A DNA stretch of 64,000 nucleotides from Candidatus Zixiibacteriota bacterium (GCA_026397505.1 JAPLUR010000047.1:11040-75039), one strand, 5' to 3'. Shown: positions 1 to 10,030, counted from the first letter of the stretch. Program-made: numbers and translations. Notes: generated by a model not told the origin, from the sequence alone.

Positions 1-456
1 GGTGAGCATGACTTCGGTGCCGTCTTTAACCTGGTCGATGTCGGCCGAGAGAGTCAGGGTATCTCCTCTTCGTGCCTCCTTGGCGCTCCATTTCATGTTA
101 GTGACTTTAATCGCCGGGCGAACCGGTATTCGATTGGAATCACCCTTCACCCCATTCTTGGATAGATCGACCTCGAAAAAGACAAAATCATCAAGCTTGA
201 TATCATCGGGGATATCAAATTCACCGATGAATTTATTATTCTTGATTTTATCTTTGATTTTACCCAGGCTTTTCCCGTTGTCGCTCTTGCCGGTGATAGA
301 AATATCGGCTCCCTCGCCGACAAAAGCGGTCAGGACTTCAAAAGGGGCTTTTTCGCCGGCATAGGCGGCGCCGGTCCGCCAGGCGGCCGCAATCAGCGAT
401 GACGTCAATTTCTCTTTATGCTCAGAGTCGGCTGCTTTAGTGAATTTTATCGGCAC
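1..456 (-). CDS. hypothetical protein (5'-partial at window edge; GTG start at 456 preceded by GGAAA RBS-like)
   Basis: Reverse-strand translation VPIKFTKAADSEHKEKL...KVTNMKWSAKEARRGDTLTLSADIDQVKDGTEVMLT has a globular-like composition. The overlapping + ORF (2..364) is low-complexity and Ser/Leu-rich, typical of a shadow frame. Confidence 0.4.
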   Translation of the reverse strand, partial: MPIKFTKAADSEHKEKLTSSLIAAAWRTGAAYAGEKAPFEVLTAFVGEGADISITGKSDNGKSLGKIKDKIKNNKFIGEFDIPDDIKLDDFVFFEVDLSKNGVKGDSNRIPVRPAIKVTNMKWSAKEARRGDTLTLSADIDQVKDGTEVMLT

Positions 457-735
457 GAATATTTCCTTTACTTCAGTTGGGCTTCAAGCGTTCCATGAAA
501 GAATATAGTATTGGGTCATCTGGCAACACCCCGAATCCTGCATGAGCAATAAGTCGACCCATTAATCCCTTACCAGATTCGAATTTGAAATTATCAAAAG
601 AAATATATCAATCCGTTACAGCCCAAGTCAACCATAATTTCCGGTTATTCGGGCGGCCGAATTGGGGATTTATTTCCCCAATATGGGATCGAAAATGATT
701 CCTTTATCCCAGACCGATCTGCTGCCCGAATAAAT

Positions 736-1650
736 TCACTTTTTCTTGTAGTCGGTCGGTACCTCAAATTTAGCGGCATCAATGGTGGCGGCTTCGACTC
801 CCAATACTTCGGTCCCGAACGACATAATGGTGGTCATGCCGTCGGCCGACTTGGGAGCCTGTTTTTTCCCGAACAGGCCGCCGATTTTTCCCATTACCTT
901 GGCTGCCTCCTCGCCCCCCTCACCACTCCCTTCTCCACCAGATTTTTCGACCAGGAATGAAACCTTAATAGGAAATCCGCCAGCCTCTTTGATTTTCTGT
1001 GACATTTCCCCGAAATGGGTCGCATATTTGCCGGTCATCTGGGACATTCCCTGCTGTGCCTGGTATTCATCGATGCCGAGGACTTTGGCATAATTGCGGT
1101 AGAATTCCTCCATCTCCGCCATCCCGGGGACATCCTTGGCCAGCCAGAAATCATAGGTGATTCGGATCTTATCGGTCGAGTCTTTCTTGTTCACGCCAAT
1201 TGCTTTCCCGATCACATTCCGGCAGCCGAAGCCATTGACATCCTTGGTCCCATCCGGGGTCAGAATATTGACCGTCCATTCGTAGGTAGTATCGCTGTAA
1301 TCCTCTTCCCGCCCCCCATACTCTTCCTGAGACTCTTTTGACTGAGCCATCAACTCTTTTAAAGAAGCCAGCGGGGTTTCCTTATAAGTCCTCTTGTCCG
1401 GATTAATGTCCCAGAGCAATTCCTTATCAAGGCGGGTTATCTGGATTTCTTCCTTTCCCTTCCCTTTCGCCTTAACGCGTTCGACACTGCAACGGTCGGC
1501 CTTGAGATATTCGGTTTCGGTGGCCTCAAAAGCCCCGAAACCCATCACGCCGCCAAAAGTTGATTTCTTTTTAATTACGACATCGGCCTGCGCCGTAAAA
1601 ACGCAGCCGGCAAAAAGCAATGCGGCCAGCAACCAGTGGATGTTTTTCAT
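736..1650 (-). CDS. secreted hypothetical protein (signal peptide MKNIHWLLAALLFAGCVFTAQA; possible lipobox FAGC)
   Basis: ORF track 736..1686. Start moved to the second Met (1650), which has a GGAG RBS 5 nt upstream. The N-terminus is hydrophobic and the body is K/E/G-rich. Confidence 0.6.
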   Translation of the reverse strand: MKNIHWLLAALLFAGCVFTAQADVVIKKKSTFGGVMGFGAFEATETEYLKADRCSVERVKAKGKGKEEIQITRLDKELLWDINPDKRTYKETPLASLKELMAQSKESQEEYGGREEDYSDTTYEWTVNILTPDGTKDVNGFGCRNVIGKAIGVNKKDSTDKIRITYDFWLAKDVPGMAEMEEFYRNYAKVLGIDEYQAQQGMSQMTGKYATHFGEMSQKIKEAGGFPIKVSFLVEKSGGEGSGEGGEEAAKVMGKIGGLFGKKQAPKSADGMTTIMSFGTEVLGVEAATIDAAKFEVPTDYKKK

Positions 1651-1912
1651 TACATCTCCTTTCAAATAGCAGGCTTTCAAAATCAAGCATAGATTTTTTT
1701 CAATCTATAATCAAGTTTTTCTTTCAGACCATTCCCGCAGAGAAATATTTTCCCATGACCTCATAAAAAGTACTTGCGATTTATTCAATTAAAGATGTAA
1801 CTTGGATAAGACCTTGTTGGGAATAGGACTTATACGATTTTCTCAGTTTCTATGCACGATCTTTGCGACATAAATAGTCCCGCTTTCCGGGACCACATTC
1901 CTGGAGCCCCAT

Positions 1913-3616
1913 ATGCCTGACAATACCGGAGATTCTTTTCGAGAGACCTCCCAGCCCGAGGGAAGCAATGACCCTCTTGGGATTCTCGGCTGGGTAATCG
2001 GGGGTAAATACAAAATCCGCGCTTATATCGGCGGCGGAGGGTTTGGTGAGGTTTATGAGGGATTCAATGCCAATCTCCCCGAACAGCGTCTGGTCATAAA
2101 ATTCTTTAAGAGAGTACAATCACGGGATAAATTCGCCAAGGAAGCCAAAATTCTCTGCCTTCTGGACCATCCCAATATTCTCCGCGTGATCGATTATCTT
2201 CCAGAGGAAGGGGCTTTGATTGTCCCCTTTATCGATGGCCGTGACGGGGGGAAAACGCTTAAGGAATCAGGCCCCCTGCGGAAGGATCTCTATCTGCGGG
2301 TGGCGCGCACCATGACCGATGCTCTGGCGTATGCCCATGATAAGAAGATTGCGCATCGCGACCTTAAACCGGGGAATATTCTGATCGACAAAAATGAGCA
2401 TATTTTTCTGATCGATTTCGGTATTGCCAAAGAGATGGGCGGCTCGGCGACGAAAACGGCATATGTGGCGCTGACACCTCTCTTCGCGGCACCGGAAAGA
2501 CAACGCGGGGATCAGGACTATAATCCATTTCTGAGCGACATATATGAGATGGGTGTGACTCTGTTCAATTTTGCGACCAACGAGATGCCGTATCGCAATC
2601 CAAGCAATCCCAACTTTCAGGAATGGGGAGGCCCCGCGATAAAAAAGCTCTCGCCGCAATTGCGACGCATTCTCCGCAAAGCAACTCATCCCGACCCGGC
2701 CGAAAGGTACCAGACCGCGGCCCAGATGGCCGAAGAGTTTCGCAGTCTGGAACAGGTCTATGCCCATGCCTCCAAGCCGCGCTATCTGGCCATAGTTGGG
2801 GTGATCTTGCTGATCGCGGTGGCGGCCTTTGTCGCCAAACAGATGTTTACCGGCAGCGGTACGGAGCCGCAGGTTTCCCAGACAACCGCCCAGGAAAAGA
2901 CTAAAGAGGCTCCCAAAATTCCGCCGCCGGAAGAAAAACAGAAACAGGAAATCACGACCCCGGCAAAGAAGACTGAGACGCCTCCCGCGACAACCACCAA
3001 GACAGCGGAGGAGAAAGCCGTTCCGGTTGAAAAGCAGGAGGCGGCCAAAACTGAAACACCACCGGTTCCCCAGCTTCCCTCTCTGCTTGTGCATGTAAAT
3101 CCACAATATAATGTTTCGCTTTTTGTGGACGGCAAGGAACGCAGTCCCGATCGGCGTCTTGAGCTGACCGCAGGAAAACATGAAGTGAAAATTATTCACG
3201 CTGACTTCCCAATCGTGATTGATACTATTGATGTTACCGTTGACCGCAGCGCCGAGTACAATCTGACCGCCCGCTATACCGGAGCCCCCAGCGTCAATTT
3301 CCGCGTCGGCATTTCACCTTCGGAACTGGCCGACAATATCCTGCAGGTGTCCTTCAATGGCAAGAAGTATCAGTACAAAAACGAGGAACTGCCGATTCTG
3401 GACTTCCGCAAAATTGCCGGCACCTGGCAGTTCCGGTTTGATATCTTACCTTCCCGCGGGGGAACCGCGCCTCGAATAGATTCCATAGTCACCTTTCCAT
3501 ACGGCGACGGGCCGCAGGTGCGCTGGAAAGGGACCGGCAGCACAGTAAATTTCGGCGCCGGCGATTGGCGCGACATTGAATCAATAGATATGCTTTTATT
3601 CTGGTCAAATCGTTAA
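1913..3616 (+). CDS. Hanks-type serine/threonine protein kinase with TM segment, Pro/Thr/Lys-rich linker and extracytoplasmic C-terminal (PEGA-like) domain
   Basis: Kinase motifs GGGGFGEVYEG, HRDLKPGNILID, DFGIAKE and APE are present. A hydrophobic helix LAIVGVILLIAVAAFVA follows the catalytic domain. Confidence 0.9.
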   Translation: MPDNTGDSFRETSQPEGSNDPLGILGWVIGGKYKIRAYIGGGGFGEVYEGFNANLPEQRLVIKFFKRVQSRDKFAKEAKILCLLDHPNILRVIDYLPEEGALIVPFIDGRDGGKTLKESGPLRKDLYLRVARTMTDALAYAHDKKIAHRDLKPGNILIDKNEHIFLIDFGIAKEMGGSATKTAYVALTPLFAAPERQRGDQDYNPFLSDIYEMGVTLFNFATNEMPYRNPSNPNFQEWGGPAIKKLSPQLRRILRKATHPDPAERYQTAAQMAEEFRSLEQVYAHASKPRYLAIVGVILLIAVAAFVAKQMFTGSGTEPQVSQTTAQEKTKEAPKIPPPEEKQKQEITTPAKKTETPPATTTKTAEEKAVPVEKQEAAKTETPPVPQLPSLLVHVNPQYNVSLFVDGKERSPDRRLELTAGKHEVKIIHADFPIVIDTIDVTVDRSAEYNLTARYTGAPSVNFRVGISPSELADNILQVSFNGKKYQYKNEELPILDFRKIAGTWQFRFDILPSRGGTAPRIDSIVTFPYGDGPQVRWKGTGSTVNFGAGDWRDIESIDMLLFWSNR

Positions 3617-3640
3617 TTGAATCTTATCTCAGGAGGTTTA

Positions 3641-4327
3641 ATGCAAATCAGGATTCGCTATCTTCGCACGACCGCGTTGATGCTCCTTCTGGCTTACCTT
3701 CAGATGGTGTTTTTCCCCATGTGGGGCTTCGCCCAGACGCCCAATTGCGGCTATGACAGTAAAACGCCAACGCTGGAGCACGCACGCAAGAATTTCAAAG
3801 GCCTCAACTATAGGTGCGCTGAGGCGGAGTTGAATGACCTGCTCGGACTCCCGGAACTGAGCCTGGAAGACAAATCGAATGCGCATATTCTTCTGGCCGC
3901 GGTTTACTACGCCATGCTCAAGGACGACTCGGAAAAGCGCAGTATGGTCATGCAGCAGTTTAAGGCGGCTTTCAAGGCTTACCGCGAGTGGCGGGGTGAG
4001 TTGGATATCAAGTCGCCCGAGTTTGTGGAGATGATGAAAGAGGCCCAGCTTGAGGTAGATACTGAAGCGATTGCAACTCCGCCCACGACCACCGAGCCGG
4101 AAAAGCCGGCCGAGGATACAACCAAAGCCAAGCCGGCGCCGCCTGTTATCGCCGAAACCAAAGCAGCCAAGACCGGCGGTAAAGCGTGGTATAAGCAATG
4201 GTGGGCCATTGGGCTGGGTATCGGTGTAGTTGCCGGGGCCGTTGTTCTTCTCGCAGGAGGCGGCGGCGAAACTACTAAGCCTTTGGACACGCTGCCGACG
4301 TTTCCAAATCCGCCCTCAAAAAGGTGA
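3641..4327 (+). CDS. membrane-anchored hypothetical protein (N-terminal signal/TM, helical domain, PT-rich linker, C-terminal TM)
   Basis: AGGAGG RBS lies 5 nt before the ATG at 3641. The start abuts the kinase stop. C-terminal TM WWAIGLGIGVVAGAVVLLAGGGG. Confidence 0.6.
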   Translation: MQIRIRYLRTTALMLLLAYLQMVFFPMWGFAQTPNCGYDSKTPTLEHARKNFKGLNYRCAEAELNDLLGLPELSLEDKSNAHILLAAVYYAMLKDDSEKRSMVMQQFKAAFKAYREWRGELDIKSPEFVEMMKEAQLEVDTEAIATPPTTTEPEKPAEDTTKAKPAPPVIAETKAAKTGGKAWYKQWWAIGLGIGVVAGAVVLLAGGGGETTKPLDTLPTFPNPPSKR

Positions 4328-4401
4328 TTGGAGAAGGCGAAATGAAATCGGACAGATATCAACGAAATATGCCATATCCCCCAAGGAAAAGGAGTACAAG
4401 A

Positions 4402-5667
4402 ATGAACAGAAAATTCTTTATGGTTTTGGCGGCCATGCTGGCTATCGTGTTTGCTTTGAGTTTTAACGCCGCCGCACAGGTGCCGAATACGATCATGTAT
4501 CAGGGAAGATTAACCGATGCCGCTGGGGCGCCGATTTCCACGGCCACATCGGTTGTGTTTTCAATTTATGCAACCATAGGCGCTGACACCCCGGTCTGGA
4601 CCGAGACCATAGCTGATGTTGCTCCTGATGTTCAAGGGGTGTTTACCGTTGAACTGGGACTTGTGACACCCCTGCCGGCCAATCTTTTTGACGGCACCAA
4701 GAAATATCTGGGCATAAAAGTCGGTGCCGACACCGAAATGAACCCGCGCCAGGTTTTGACCTCCGGGCCGTATTCGCTGAACGCAAATATTGGTGATGGA
4801 ACGGTCACGACCGCTAAGATCGCCAATGGAGCGGTGCTCGACACCAAATTGGGGACCGGTTCGGTGATCGAGTCCAAGATCGCCAACTATGCGGTGACCA
4901 CATTAAAGATACTCGACGGCGCCGTAACGTCGGGGAAGATTGCGGATGGAGCCATAAACAGCGCCAAAATAGCCGACTTGAGTGTTGCCACCATCGACAT
5001 TGCCGACAATGCCATAAATAGTGCCAAAGTGGCTGATGGATCGATCACGACCGCCAAGATTGCGGATGGCACGGTAACCAGCGCCAAAATCGCCGATCTC
5101 AGCATCGGCACAATCGATATTGCAGACAATGCTATAACGGGGGCCAAAGTGGCTAATAGCTCACTCGACCATGGTGATATTGGCGACGAAGCGGGTATTA
5201 GTAGCATTTATGATGGCACCGATAACTCGCTGACAGGTACTGTAGCAGCCGTGGATTCGGTGTCAATCACCTGTCCATCAGGCGGCTACCTTGTGATAGA
5301 AGCAGCGGGGTTTCTCCAAACCTATCATACATTGAACGCCGGCGCGTTTGCACTTCGTGTTTGCCTGTCAACTACTCGGGCATCCATGGATTACACAAAT
5401 TTCGTCTTATATGAAATACCTACTGGTTCTGCGACAGGAACCTATAACGTGCCCTTCACACTATTAATGACAAGCGTTGTTTCGGCAGGTTCTTATAAGT
5501 ACTATCTTAATGCAGATGCTTTTTCAGGTGCGGGATATGTGGCCAGTGGCTCAACCGGTCGGATTCATATCGTGGCGACATATTATCCTTCTGCTTATGG
5601 CAGTGTTGCCAGCACAAATTCACCGGCACCCTTGAAACCAGGAAACTCTGACGGTTCCACCGAGTAA
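4402..5667 (+). CDS. secreted protein with about 11-residue 'xAKIADGAVTS' tandem repeats (fibre/beta-helix-like repeat protein)
   Basis: Signal peptide MNRKFFMVLAAMLAIVFALSFNAAAQ. At least 12 consecutive 11-aa repeats (TAKIANGAVLD/ SKIANYAVTTL/ GKIADGAINSA/ AKIADGTVTSA...). AAGGAG RBS. Overlaps the upstream gene by 4 nt. Confidence 0.75.
   Translation: MNRKFFMVLAAMLAIVFALSFNAAAQVPNTIMYQGRLTDAAGAPISTATSVVFSIYATIGADTPVWTETIADVAPDVQGVFTVELGLVTPLPANLFDGTKKYLGIKVGADTEMNPRQVLTSGPYSLNANIGDGTVTTAKIANGAVLDTKLGTGSVIESKIANYAVTTLKILDGAVTSGKIADGAINSAKIADLSVATIDIADNAINSAKVADGSITTAKIADGTVTSAKIADLSIGTIDIADNAITGAKVANSSLDHGDIGDEAGISSIYDGTDNSLTGTVAAVDSVSITCPSGGYLVIEAAGFLQTYHTLNAGAFALRVCLSTTRASMDYTNFVLYEIPTGSATGTYNVPFTLLMTSVVSAGSYKYYLNADAFSGAGYVASGSTGRIHIVATYYPSAYGSVASTNSPAPLKPGNSDGSTE
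4807..5180 (+). repeat. 33-bp (11-codon) tandem repeats inside CDS 4402..5667, with a 99-bp higher-order repeat
   Basis: Recurrent aaaatcgccgatgg[ca]gc[cg]gt... units. nt 4960-5040 resembles 5080-5160. Confidence 0.8.
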
Positions 5668-5688
5668 CCTGAAAGAAGGGAAGGTCCA

Positions 5689-7578
5689 ATGAAAGTGCCA
5701 AATAAAGCCATGGCGCTGGTGCTCTGCCTGCTCTTTCTTTCCGGCAGTGTATGGGCACAGACTAGCGCCAATTATATATTGCAGGTTGGCGGGCCGGTGG
5801 GTGGTGGCGGCAGTGCCGGCAGCAGCGGGTATAATGTAACCGGCGATGTCCCATTAAGTGCCTCGGGCGGCTCCGGTTCGAGTAATTATACGATTGTGGG
5901 AGGAATTCTCGGCGCCGCATACCGTGGCGCGGCCTCCTTTTCGGCCATGTACACAGGCAGTGATGAGGAAACCGTTAACATTGCCGCTCGGACTTTGAAA
6001 GTAGCTTACAGCGGTGGTACCGGTGCAGTCGCGGGCGTATTTTATTATCGTCTGGGCGGTGATGAGTCTTATTCCAGCGCCGGTATGACAGCAGGTACCG
6101 GGGACACCATGCTTTACATCCTGCCGGCCAACTCTCTTACTATCCGCGGTCTGGAGTACTATTTCGAACTGACGCGCAATTCTATTATGGTGTCGCTCCG
6201 ACATCCAATAGCCCCATATGTCTTTATCACCCGGTTTGATAATACCGTGGGAAAAAGGCCGACCGCTATGCCGAACGCCCAATATCGAATTATCGGGGTT
6301 CCGATCGGCTTTTCAACGCGGCAGTCGGTTGATGATGTTTTCCTCGATGATCTCGGCGCCGCCGACAAGAAACAATGGCGGCTGGCCAACTATGACAATA
6401 CGACCGGGACATATCTGGAGTATCCCGATGCATCTATTGTCACTCCCACCCGGGGATACTGGCTGATTGCCCGGGGCGGTAAGAAATACGGCGCCGCCGG
6501 ATTCTCTATGCGGCCGAATACGTCTCTTCCTATCCCCGGTGGAATCGGCTGCTACGAAGTGGCGGTAGACTCCGGCTGGAACCTTGTGGCCAATCCTTTT
6601 CCATTCAATATCAGTTGGGCAGATGTACGGTTTAAGGATAATGATGTTCTGCAGGATGGCCATCCCGCATCAGTTCTTGATGATTTCGCATACTGGTATT
6701 CGGGAACGGCTTATAGTAATGTCGCCACAATTCCGGCATGGGATGGGTTTTTCGTGAAAATCAACAAACGCAACATCAAAATTCTATTCCCATATCGCGT
6801 AAGCGGTATTACTCTGATTGACAAACTATTTGCGGGCATGCCATCGGCCGGGGGAACCGCCGGGGCATGGGATATCCAGTTGCAGTTGGCTGTCGGGGAT
6901 CGTCTGGATGACTGCAATTTTGCCGGAGTAAGAGGTGATGCCTCAACGGGGCCAGACGTATATGATTATTCCGAACCGCCGCCTGCGCCTGAAGGTCCGA
7001 TGCTTGCCTTCCGCCTCCCGGACGGCGATAAAGGTTTGCACCGTGCTGATTATCGCGCCCCGTTCAGTGACGGCGCGACCTGGGATATTACCATGCTGCC
7101 GATGCCGGGGCGTGTCCTGACCCCCGGCGGACTAGGACAGATTCCGGAAGGTATGGAGGCATGGCTGGTTTTGGACAACGGAGCCAAATATAAATTGACC
7201 GAGGGTGACGCGATAGGCATCCCCGATGGAGTAAAGTCGGGCCGGTTGCTGGTTGGAACGGAGAAATATCTCGACGAAGAGGACTCTATTTTGATTCCTT
7301 ATAATTATGCCCTTTTCCAGAATTTCCCCAATCCGTTCAACCCGTCGACAAGTATCAGATTCGCTCTGCCGAAAAGCGGTAAGGTCAGACTGGAGGTTTT
7401 TAATCTCCTTGGCCAGAAAGTGAAAACTTTGATTGACGGCGAACTCGAGGCCGGGTATCACAGCGTTTTGTGGGATGGTAACGATAGTCACGGCAAAGCG
7501 GCAGCCACCGGCGTATATTTCTATAAGATGACCGCCGGCGCTTTTTCCGAGAATCGCAAGATGCTGCTTCTGAAATAG
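5689..7578 (+). CDS. secreted protein with T9SS (Por) C-terminal sorting domain
   Basis: Signal peptide MKVPNKAMALVLCLLFLSGSVWAQ. C-terminus FQNFPNPFNPSTSIRFALPKSGKVRLEVFNLLGQKV...GVYFYKMTAGAFSENRKMLLLK matches the T9SS type-A CTD consensus. Confidence 0.85.
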   Translation: MKVPNKAMALVLCLLFLSGSVWAQTSANYILQVGGPVGGGGSAGSSGYNVTGDVPLSASGGSGSSNYTIVGGILGAAYRGAASFSAMYTGSDEETVNIAARTLKVAYSGGTGAVAGVFYYRLGGDESYSSAGMTAGTGDTMLYILPANSLTIRGLEYYFELTRNSIMVSLRHPIAPYVFITRFDNTVGKRPTAMPNAQYRIIGVPIGFSTRQSVDDVFLDDLGAADKKQWRLANYDNTTGTYLEYPDASIVTPTRGYWLIARGGKKYGAAGFSMRPNTSLPIPGGIGCYEVAVDSGWNLVANPFPFNISWADVRFKDNDVLQDGHPASVLDDFAYWYSGTAYSNVATIPAWDGFFVKINKRNIKILFPYRVSGITLIDKLFAGMPSAGGTAGAWDIQLQLAVGDRLDDCNFAGVRGDASTGPDVYDYSEPPPAPEGPMLAFRLPDGDKGLHRADYRAPFSDGATWDITMLPMPGRVLTPGGLGQIPEGMEAWLVLDNGAKYKLTEGDAIGIPDGVKSGRLLVGTEKYLDEEDSILIPYNYALFQNFPNPFNPSTSIRFALPKSGKVRLEVFNLLGQKVKTLIDGELEAGYHSVLWDGNDSHGKAAATGVYFYKMTAGAFSENRKMLLLK

Positions 7579-7627
7579 CGATAAACTGTCTCAGGCCCTG
7601 CATGGTCTTAAGGATTCGGATTACTGA

Positions 7628-7660
7628 AGGGATCGATCATCGGATCGGTCCCTTTCTTTA
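7628..7660 (+). terminator. rho-independent terminator candidate after the T9SS cargo gene
   Basis: Stem AGGGATCGATC..GATCGGTCCCT followed by TTCTTTA. Confidence 0.55.
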
Positions 7661-7754
7661 TGGGTAAGTTTACTCTTGAGAAAACAGAATTGCCTTCGTA
7701 TAATAATGTTGATCTGATTTTAAGGAATTTCGCAGATATGCATGGAGCGAATTA

Positions 7755-9068
7755 ATGAAGCCGGATGAGTCTCCCGATCAGGAGCCGGTTTTGACAAAAG
7801 ATGCCGCCACCGTGCGCGCCGCCACGGCGATTCTCGACGGCGAATCCAAAAAAGGATTCTTGCGCCGTCTTCTCCCCTTCATGGGCCCGGCTTTTGTTGC
7901 CAGTGTGGCCTATATGGACCCGGGGAATTTCGCCACCAATATTCAGGGCGGCGCCAGACTCGGATACATGCTTCTCTGGGTGATTGTGGCCAGCAATCTG
8001 ATGGCAATGCTCATTCAGACCCTTTCGGCCAAACTCGGTATTGCCACCGGGCTGAATCTGGCCGAGCACTGCCGCGAGCAGTTTTCCCGTCCGGTCGTCC
8101 TGGGGATGTGGGTTCTGGCCGAGATTGTTGCCATGGCGACCGACCTGGCGGAGTTTCTGGGGGCGGCCCTTGGTTTCCAGCTTCTTTTTGGCATTCCCCT
8201 TTTCTGGGGGGCCATTCTTACGGCCATAGCCACGATGATAATTCTGAGTCTGGAGCGATACGGGTTTCGGCCGCTGGAAGCGGTCATCACCACTCTCGTG
8301 GGAGTTATTGCAATCTGTTATCTGGTTGAGACTATTCTGGCCCGTCCCGATTGGGGCGCTATCGCCTATCATGCGGTTGTTCCGCAATTCAGCGGGACAG
8401 AGAGCATTCTGCTGGCTTCCGGGATTCTCGGCGCAACGGTCATGCCGCATGTCATCTATTTGCATTCAGCGCTGACTCAGGGGCGAATTGTCACGCGCGA
8501 TCCGAAACTTCTGAAGCGTCTGTTTCATTTTGAGGTTGTTGATGTCGTGGTTGCACTGGGCGTGGCCGGACTTATCAATGCCGCCATGCTCATTATGGCT
8601 GCCTCGACTTTCTTCGATGCCGGATTGAGCCATATTGCCAGTATTGAGGAAGCGCACCTGACCCTGAGCCCCCTTGTCGGGAAAGCCTCGGCATGGGTTT
8701 TCGGAATTTCACTTCTCGCCTCGGGATTATCCTCTACGACCGTGGGTACCATGTCCGGGCAGGTGATTATGAAGGGATTTCTCCGCCGTCAGATATCGGT
8801 CTGGATTCGCCGCCTGGTGACGATGGTTCCTCCTCTGGTTGTAATAGCCATTGGTCTGGATCCGACACTCACTCTTGTTGTCAGCCAGGTTGTACTTAGT
8901 TTTGCCATACCGTTTGCTTTGGTGCCGCTCCTGTTATTTACTTCGCGCAAGGAGATAATGGGGGGCTTGGTAAACTACAAGATTACTACGATTTTGACGG
9001 CGGCGGTGGCGGGCTTGATTATTTGTCTTAACCTCTTTCTAATATATCAGACCTTTTTAGGAGGTTGA
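7755..9068 (+). CDS. mntH: Nramp-family divalent metal (Mn2+/Fe2+) transporter
   Basis: Nramp signature AYMDPGNFATNIQGGA. Multi-TM protein of about 437 aa. Confidence 0.9.
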   Translation: MKPDESPDQEPVLTKDAATVRAATAILDGESKKGFLRRLLPFMGPAFVASVAYMDPGNFATNIQGGARLGYMLLWVIVASNLMAMLIQTLSAKLGIATGLNLAEHCREQFSRPVVLGMWVLAEIVAMATDLAEFLGAALGFQLLFGIPLFWGAILTAIATMIILSLERYGFRPLEAVITTLVGVIAICYLVETILARPDWGAIAYHAVVPQFSGTESILLASGILGATVMPHVIYLHSALTQGRIVTRDPKLLKRLFHFEVVDVVVALGVAGLINAAMLIMAASTFFDAGLSHIASIEEAHLTLSPLVGKASAWVFGISLLASGLSSTTVGTMSGQVIMKGFLRRQISVWIRRLVTMVPPLVVIAIGLDPTLTLVVSQVVLSFAIPFALVPLLLFTSRKEIMGGLVNYKITTILTAAVAGLIICLNLFLIYQTFLGG

Positions 9069-9073
9069 TTTGC

Positions 9074-10030
9074 ATGGCCACGAACGAAAACAAATCATAT
9101 CCGGAAGCGAACAACAAGAGCATTAAATATTTGGTGCCGCTGGACGGCTCCGGTATGGCCGAATCGGTCATTCCGGTAGTGGAATCACTGGCCAAATCAT
9201 GCGGAGCCACAGTCATACTGCTGCATGTGATCGAAAAGAAGGCGCCGGCGACAGTCCACGGTGAAAGACATCTCACGGAAGAGGCGGAAGCGGATCGATA
9301 TCTGAATAGCATAAGTGCAATTTTCCGTTTTTCGGGGGTGGCCGTGGAGAATCATGTTCATGCCAATAAAGAGGGTGATGTCGCCGCCAGCATCGTGCAA
9401 CATGCCGAAGAGATGAATCCCGACCTGGTGATCATGTGCACTCATGGTCGGGGCGGCCTGAAAGGATTCCTTTTCGGCAGTATCGCCCAGCAGGCGCTGC
9501 AAAAGGGAACCTGGCCGATACTTTTGGTTCCTCCGTCCGCGGATGGCAAGAGAGCCGCATTCAAGCCGGCCCGGATTCTGGTTCCTCTTGATGGAACACA
9601 TCGTCACGAACCGGCACTGGCGCAGGCTTTCCCAATTGCAAACGCCTACAAGGCGGAGATGCACCTGGTGATGGTTATCCCGACTGCGGCCAGGCTTTCG
9701 GGCGAGGGGAGCGTGCCGGGAAAATTCATGCCCCGGACCATGAAGGTTGTCCTTGATCTGGCCGAGCAGGGTGCGAATGATTATTTGCGGCAGATAGCGG
9801 GCGAGTGCCAAAGTGAAGGAGTAAATATCGTAACCAGTGTCCTTCGCGGAGATGCTGTCCCCAAAGTACTTGATCACGCCGTTGAAATCGCCGCCGATCT
9901 GATTGTCATGGCCAGTCATGGAAAATCCGGTCTGAATGCCTTCCTGTCCGGAAGCACGGCTGCCCGTATTGCGGGAAAAGCGGCTCGTCCTCTGCTTCTG
10001 GTGCGAACCAGTGATACAGAAAAATCCTGA
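9074..10030 (+). CDS. universal stress protein, tandem UspA domains
   Basis: Two USP-like halves (LVPLDGSGMAESV...LVIMCTHGRGGLKGFLFGS and ILVPLDGTHRHE...LIVMASHGKSGLNAFLSGS). The start overlaps the mntH stop. Confidence 0.8.
   Translation: MATNENKSYPEANNKSIKYLVPLDGSGMAESVIPVVESLAKSCGATVILLHVIEKKAPATVHGERHLTEEAEADRYLNSISAIFRFSGVAVENHVHANKEGDVAASIVQHAEEMNPDLVIMCTHGRGGLKGFLFGSIAQQALQKGTWPILLVPPSADGKRAAFKPARILVPLDGTHRHEPALAQAFPIANAYKAEMHLVMVIPTAARLSGEGSVPGKFMPRTMKVVLDLAEQGANDYLRQIAGECQSEGVNIVTSVLRGDAVPKVLDHAVEIAADLIVMASHGKSGLNAFLSGSTAARIAGKAARPLLLVRTSDTEKS

Noticed and set aside
2-364. + strand ORF of 120 aa at window start
   Set aside because: Low-complexity Ser/Leu/Pro-rich translation. The opposite strand gives a protein-like sequence with RBS and GTG start, so the + ORF is a shadow frame.
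2267-3199. 310-aa minus-strand ORF antisense to the Ser/Thr kinase gene
   Set aside because: Entirely inside a confidently identified kinase CDS. Arg/Gly/Leu-rich shadow-frame composition.
7665-7755. Mn2+ (yybP-ykoY) riboswitch upstream of mntH
   Set aside because: The short leader shows a -10-like TATAAT, but none of the conserved yybP-ykoY helices or loops could be recognised by eye. An Rfam scan is needed to exclude it.
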